Positions 60,047 to 64,000 of a stretch of DNA of 64,000 nt are shown here, in pieces. Both the position numbers and the translations under genes were made by a program. The DNA comes from Phoronis australis (Eukaryota; Animalia; Phoronida), in contig NMRA01000246.1 of the NCBI GenBank assembly GCA_002633005.1, positions 140,793-204,792 of the forward strand. Direction: 5' to 3'. The notes under the pieces are model-generated. The model made no database searches. It was not told where the DNA came from and saw only the letters and a list, made by a program, of their open reading frames with translations. Position 1 is the stretch's first letter; the number at the start of each line of letters is the position of its first letter.

Positions 60047-63000
60047 CACACCGTGCAGTCATGATGTGTAAACCTTGCAACCGTTACGAAGGCTTTGCGC
60101 CTTTGGTACTTCATTTCATGGATCGAATGCACCTCGATTGTTTGGAGAGAGAATGCTCTCTGTGTTGGACTATATTTTGAACATTGTGCGGCGCTGAACG
60201 AGTAGACTCTGTCGACCTTATAACAAGCTATGAAACCCTGCCAGGGTTTTTGCGCAGAAGGCATGATTAAAGGGTAAACTTCTATCCGAAGGATTTGCGT
60301 ATCTTCTGAAATCTCATTGAATGGCTGAAACCGTAGTGTACGTGATTTTCTGCATATACACATGTTAATGGTTATATAAAGTCAGGTGGTTTGTCTAGCA
60401 GAACCAAACAATATCACAGACGTCCCGGCGTCAGGGTACGAGTTTGTTATCTTGTCCTTGACTTCAACAGGGGCGCAGCCAGACATTTTCAACTATTAAA
60501 GTACGCTCGAACTTGGATCTGTGTGTCGACCGTGGATAGCTGTTGACGCCCGGGGGCATGTGAACGCAGTTGGTAGCAGTCTTTCCCTCAAACAAGATTT
60601 TTAAAAATTTGATGAGATGTTTTACGTCACGAGAGTTTACAGTCCTTTTTTCATAACACTACAGCTGACCAGGGGCCTTCATTAGAAAACTGGCCTACTT
60701 TCTAAGTTTGTCCCTTTTAAGTAAGTCCTGATTAATCGGTATCAGCGCAAAGTGACTAGAAGAAACCCACATTATAAGCGAAGGCAAATGGTCACGTTTT
60801 TTGGTATTCAAATCGGTTCTGTTTTATTGAAAAAATTTGAGTTAAAACTTGAGTAGAAATTATCGAATACAAGTTTAGTCATTTAATTATTAGAGCACCA
60901 CTGCCTTGAAATAATTCATACACATTTTCTCAGTAAGTGACAGTTGTGGTAGTCTCCGATACTTTGCACTCTTGCTAAAGTGAGTGACAGCTTTGGTTAT
61001 ATTCTCTGGTACTTTGCACTCTTGCTAAAGTGACTTTTATGTAGTTTTCAGAAAAAAGTAATGTGGAGAGTAAGACTAATTTTCGGTATTAAGTTAGTAT
61101 GTCACTTTTCATAATACAAACCATGCAAGCTTTTAGGCTTCCATATCCAAATATTCAAGCCTCAAGTACAATTTAAAACTTTTTTATCGCAGGGTAAAAA
61201 CTAATCCACAGAGAGATGAAATCTAAGATGAACACGGCACTCAAAGGCCCGGATAATTCAAATGCGATGTAGAGCGACGAGATGTGTGGCTGCTGGGAGT
61301 TACGGAATCCCAAGCTTGTCAGTTGTTAACGCTTAAGGATTTGTTCAGATTAGCGCGTTAATCTAGATCCACATGTGTTAAACAATGCATTAAATCGGAC
61401 ATTTTGAGTGAATTTAAGCAACTAATCCAAGAAATGGCACTGCGACCAAGTTAGATACAGGTTATCCGCCAGTCATGACTCAGGAGCGGAAATTCTAACA
61501 CTGAAGGACAAACTAGAGTTTTTGTTGCAAGACCAAACATTTGCCGAAGGCCTTTTGCACAAACTTGCAACTTCATTTCTGTTACTTTAGTACAAATCGT
61601 AGCATTTCACACCGTAATCATAAGGATACCTGGTACTTCGGTTTATGCTTATTAGTTGAAATCGTGTGAATACTGGCAGTCTGAAATGTCGAGTCCAAAA
61701 TCATTTGGGCGATTGCTGGGGGCCATTGCGGGCAGTAGTTATGGGTCATCTTATGCCAGAAATATATTTCAAGGTAGTTCTTGATTGAAAATATATCTAC
61801 ACTTGTAAGTCATGTATGTCATGACTCCTATAAATGCGCCCACATTATATGAATATTGAAAAAGAATATTATTTTCCGGTATAGCGCAACAAACTAGTAA
61901 TATGTTATATTCACACTGGTTATAGTTGGAATAATGAAATATAAGTTAATGTGTGTTTCATTTGATTCCCTTCTAAGTGCAGAAAACACAGTGAATAAAC
62001 AACATACCTCCATTACTTAATCTGTTACAGGCCGACCGGTAGAACTAATTTTCACCATTGTTCGAACAATTTGGAACAGAATCGAGCGTATGCCGCGATA
62101 TTATCGTCTACGGCCGCTGACATGAACTCCGGCCTGTATCCGACGTGGTCGCAGCGTCCTCATGTGATTGAAATCTTCGAAGATATACCTCGTTAGATAA
62201 CCCAAATACGTTTTAAATGTTCGAAAGCAATCATCATAAAAGGACATTCGTCTTCACTCAAAACTTAAAAATGAAGCAATAGTGTGTGCGTGTTTTTCAA
62301 AACACTTTATATCATAAAATTCGTGAATATTTTTAAGACAAAGTTTATTTCAATGATCCAAAATGACACAAGAAGAATTCAAATATCAGTCACTTCATGA
62401 CTATTCATACCCAAATTAGTGTGCGTGCGCATTCAAAGAGGAATGCCCTCTTTGGGACAACCTATATACGTGACAGGCTTGTTGCTGTATTTGCAGACCG
62501 TGAAGCTGAGGTCGTATTCCTTCAGTGAATTTACGCGGAGTTATATCTACTACACCACGACTCCCGGAGTTTTATAATTGAGAACCTGCTTTTGAACACA
62601 CATTGAACGTGCGAAAAATAGGTCTCTGGCGCATTCATAAAGGGCTATTCCGCTACTAAGCGCTTTGAGGTTAAAAAAATCATTACTTTCATCCATGCCG
62701 AAACTCAAACTACAGAAAATGCGTACATGCGCCACTACGGAATTCACAATTTTAGGGATGCCCAGCCTCAATGCACTCTGAACTGTTTTTCTAGTCGTTG
62801 GTGGTTTGATGTTCTTGTTGGTAACGGAAATAGAATCTCATCACGGTAATGAATATTACGAGACCGATTTTATGATAGTACAAGGCTTATTCAATTTTCT
62901 TTTTGGACAGCTAAACAGGTAGAAATGCCGCTTTAAATTACACAAACAATAAAAATTGGTGTCTCTGATATTTAAATTTCTAGCACGAGAATTTTCGTTC

Positions 63001-63855
63001 CATACATTGGGCTTTTCGCGCTCTTTTATCATTTAATTTTGCCCGAAATTAATAAATCGATATCGACTCTGAGCGTTTTACTGCTGGAAAGTTGCTCAGT
63101 TGATCTACTCGAACGTTACGAACCGAAGATTGTACAATACAAAATACGCGTTGTCAAATTTCTAACACTACATGCCTGAGTGAACAACTGTTACCAAACT
63201 ATACCAGGTCAAAATGTATTATTCCGAAAATGGCTTAAATAAAGAATCTCAAGTTTTTAATTAATTAGGAGTCAGTTATTTGAAACACTTTTTTACTAAA
63301 GTTGGAACACAGAAGTAGAAGAAAAAGTGTAAATCGTGTGCCAATAAATACAGTCGTACCATTTTCAATCAGAGCTTCAAATTTCTTTTCGCACATCTAG
63401 AAAAACTGGCTCTAAAAATTGCACAATGTCAGAAGGTACGCGTTTCAACTGTCAATCGCTGTGATAAAACGGTCTTTCCGTAGTATTTATGATGTGTTCA
63501 AATAAAAAACAGTTAGCCACAGCCTGTAACCGATATAATGCATTATTTTTGTATTTGAAAATATTTTTTGAAATTCTGCTAGATTGATTTGATCAAGTTC
63601 TTACCGACATCCTTGCGTTCCGCTTTCCTATTAACTTGCATAACAGGGTATTAAAGTTTTATGACGCGAGCGTCAACAAAGAGTCATCATTTTTAGCGCA
63701 TTAGTACATTCTGCACAGCCGCTCAACCTTGCATACATGTATGTTTAGGTTGCCGTTGCTAACATTCCATGCTGCCTGCACGCAATCTAATTAAGGGCCC
63801 ATTACCCTAGTTTCATATAGATATACCTTTTAACGTTATTTTACCCCATTTGTAC

Positions 63856-63991
63856 CATAGGCGGATTTAGGGGGGAATACAGGGCCCCCCCCCCTTGGCT
63901 GCCGCAAAAAATAAAACAGTAAGAGCGTAGGGAAATGTTGAGTTTATTAATTAACCCCGGTAATTGACCTATCGCAAGCTCCGCCCCTATG
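63856..63991. mobile_element. Short MITE-like element
   Basis: CATAGGCGGA...TCCGCCCCTATG imperfect TIR, internal G/C runs; related 5' end at about 55638. Confidence 0.55.
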
Positions 63992-64000
63992 CGAAAAGTC

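Noticed and set aside
61000-63800. Possible gene or transposase in the final 3 kb
   Set aside because: No recognisable protein motif or consistent exon chain found by eye.

Overview
AT-rich, intron-containing animal genomic DNA, probably from a marine invertebrate such as a mollusc (inferred from gene and repeat content). It is not prokaryotic. Three protein-coding genes are supported. (1) The 3' part of a Caskin gene on + (exons 2440-19625: tandem SAM domains, proline-rich region, Caskin C-terminal helix); its ankyrin/SH3 exons lie upstream of the window. (2) A complete FBXW10/CDRT1-like F-box WD40 gene on - (40289-24738, 9 coding exons, about 1261 aa), convergent with Caskin. It carries a 2.5 kb tandem duplication around a single-N gap that is most likely a haplotype assembly artefact. 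(3) An SLC26 anion transporter on - with 626 uninterrupted codons, cut at its 5' end by a second N gap. The rest is introns and intergenic DNA with an internally deleted piggyBac, a long-TIR TTAA MITE, a Harbinger-like MITE, a tRNA-like cassette, decayed Tx1/L1, CR1 and Penelope-like retroelements, and tandem repeats. I cannot support a wholly new biological system. The best leads are a substituted SAM1 oligomerisation surface in Caskin, candidate microexons, the intronless SLC26 with an altered anion-site motif, and clustered RFX X-box motifs.
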